NCBI GenBank assembly: GCA_039096225.1
Contig: JBBPEB010000031.1
Location: forward strand, 50,927-114,926
Direction of reading: 5' to 3'
Source: Blastocystis sp. Blastoise
Taxonomy: Eukaryota > Protista > Bigyra: Opalinata
Length of the DNA: 64,000 bases
The notes below the pieces were generated by a model, which searched no databases, had not been told where the DNA came from, and was given only the letters and a program-made list of their open reading frames with translations. The first letter of the stretch is position 1. Every line of letters starts with the position of its first letter. A program made the translations under genes and the position numbers. This document shows positions 61,541 to 64,000 of this stretch, one piece after another.

Positions 61541-64000
61541 TTTGTCAATAATAGTATTAGTAGTAACAGGTAAATCATCTATAAGAGGAGTAGTTGGAGA
61601 TATATTAGAATCATTTATGGCTACAAAAACAGAAGGATATAGAATTTCATTTATCTTTTTCTTATCTTCTGTTAAATGAATATATTTCTTTATACTCTTA
61701 TAAGCACATTTTATACCTTCGTGAAAGCCTTCGTTCTTTCTATTCCAAGAAATCTCACAATATCTACATGGGAATGTTGAAGAGGGTCCAGTAAAGCTTC
61801 CAACGCTTGTAATAGCCATACAATCCCCATAAACATTTAGTAGAACTGCTACAACTCGCCTTTTTTCAATTCGTTCATTAATAAATACATCCATTTCAAT
61901 TCCAGATGATAGAAGAATTAACTCTTTCATAAGTAATACAAGAACAGTATTAGATAGCGATTCTTTTGTTATACAATATGTCCAGAATACTCTCTGATCA
62001 TGTAATCTAGTATTATTATAATTTAATAATTTAAGAAGAATAGGAAAAGATGATTGATTAGTATCAGAGATAGGATTTGAAAAGACACAAATTCCATCAC
62101 AAGTTAAATCAAAAAATAAGAAAATATCACCATTATTAATAACTTTATTCATATATTTGCGATAATTTTGTCCTAACATATATTCTGGAATTGTACTTGG
62201 CAAATGTTCTATTGGCATCGATAAATAGTATTGAATTTCCTCCTTCTTGTAATAACTAATATCTTGTATTAATGGTTTAGAAGACATCAAGTAACGTATA
62301 CGTGGGATTAAAGGTATAACAGACACTTTTATGCCTTTATATAAATAAAATATTAATCAGAATAATGAAAGTTAATTTATATTCACATATAAATAGTGTA
62401 TCATATACTATAAGAATATATATAAAACGTTATATATAATAAATAATATCTTGTATTGTCATATATTATATGAAGAAAAGAAAATAAATATAATAGAAAG
62501 AATAATAATAAAAAGAATAATAGTAGTATAAATAGAAATGAATTATATATATATATATATACTTTTGCTTTCACTACATTCCTCGTTTTTACATTGAGTC
62601 TTTTCTTTATTAAGTAGATTTCTTCCTCCATTAAATGATACTAGTTCTTTACAATTATCACATATGTAGATATTTTTATGTAGTGGAGTTTCAGAATGGC
62701 AAGAACAGTATTTCCGTATTATATCCTGCCCATTCTTTGGAACAAAAAGTAATTCATGTTCAGGAACCAAAAGTTTTATGACATCATTTATTAGTTCGTA
62801 TAGTTTCTTAATCTTCTCGGTACTTATTTTAAGCTGACACCAACAATCATAAACGAAATCTTCAATTCTTGAATTATCATTTATATTATTTTTTGATGAT
62901 GGCTTCTAAATAGTTTAAAGAGAGTTATATGAAATAAAAATAGACGAAATAAAATATTATAATGTTTTTAAAATACCGAATTTATAATTTTTTCCAAAAA
63001 TACATCAGATATTTGTTTGGTACTGTTTGAGTTCACGTCTTCATCTGAATCTAATTCTTCCATCAAGTGAGAAGTTTCGATTATTATATTCTCTTCATGA
63101 AGAGAGACATGATCAGTTGAAATTGCTAAATATATAAATAAAATTAAAAGTCTCTTACATCTACGTTTTGATGGAAACCCAGGAAGATCATATTGACGTC
63201 CTGTCATTAGTAATGTTGAATATAATTTTTTAATTTTTTCTGATTATTTCCTTTTTTTTCATGGATAGAAATACTTTTATAGCAATTATTCCCTATAATT
63301 TTGGTTTCTTAATGAAGTTCATGGTTATGTATTAACAATTTTTGGAATTACATAAACTTAATGTCGGCATGATTTTTATGATTGTAGATTATTTGAATGA
63401 AAAATTGATGCTTAATCTTTATTTAGGTAGTTAAACACAAAATAATGTTACAAATGTCAATATTAGAGAATATTGGATTTATATTAGAATTAATTTATTG
63501 CTGATATTTCAAAATAGCCAAATTTTTCAATATGGAATAAGTTGAATTAAGTTTTTACTTTCATGGATAAATGATTAGAGAACATATTTAATTTCTATCT
63601 TGTTTTTTTCTTCTAATTATTTTCATAAATAAGCGTTTCAATATTAATATATTTCTTTATGAATAATTTGTTTACATAGAAATGATAATAATATATTTAT
63701 ATCTATATTAACAATTACAAGAATGCTTACTATATGATTCAAACTGTAAATTTAAGCAATATGATATATTCTTATATGAATTCTCAAGATGTATATGGTT
63801 TAGTAGTATATACTATTATATACTAGAATATATTTTAATTATATTCTATAATGTTTTTCATATTTTGTTTAATAAATCTTTGAATATTTTTTATTTTATA
63901 TATAGTTTAGATAGTATCTTACAACAATCATTTAATTAAATGAAATAATAAGAAAGTAATTGAAAATACACAAAGAATTATATATATATATATATATATA

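Larger units (their letters stand above)
57064..63207 (-). pseudogene. CACTA (TnpD / Transposase_21-like) transposase, ~1000 aa, split by Helitron 58860-61540
   Basis: Motifs C..C Zn knuckle, IPLIPRIRYLM, LTCDGICVF, FPILLKLLN, YGDCMA..FPCRYC, LLDPMHLFNN, HLVQHL and GS..STYQSERFYSFLK. Exons are 63207-63159, 63125-62977, 62905-62563, 62334-61541 joined to 58859-57252, and 57162-57064. Confidence 0.88.
49529..64000 (-). mobile_element. CACTA/EnSpm (CMC) DNA transposon, left end CACTG; right end apparently outside the window
   Basis: CACTGGTAGG begins exactly at the gene breakpoint, and a CACTA transposase lies downstream. The continuity between this end and the transposase is inferred. Confidence 0.65.

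Overview
Very AT-rich, intron-rich eukaryotic DNA. The short GT-AG introns, one U12-type AT-AC intron and a QRT3-like pectinase would fit a gut protist such as a Blastocystis-like stramenopile, but the taxon is only inferred. About two thirds of the window is nested transposons. (1) 1-22471 is a three-level nest of one minus-strand Helitron family. It includes an apparently intact Rep/Pif1-helicase gene whose N-terminus can be built from tandem symmetric phase-1 micro-exons. (2) Two near-identical 2.68-kb non-autonomous Helitrons lie at 27634-30319 (-) and 58860-61540 (+). (3) A CACTA/EnSpm-type element starting CACTG at 49529 truncates a QRT3-like polygalacturonase gene. The CACTA transposase at 57064-63207 is split by the second 2.68-kb Helitron and becomes in-frame again when that Helitron is removed. 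Host genes are an intronless 1621-aa unknown ORF, an ABCC/MRP transporter and a Ubc12-like E2. The most novel signal is a ~68-nt tRNA-like four-way junction, present six times and in every Helitron copy, antisense to the element. It has a perfect T-arm/B-box, a D-loop GG, compensatory stem changes and a variable anticodon-like loop.
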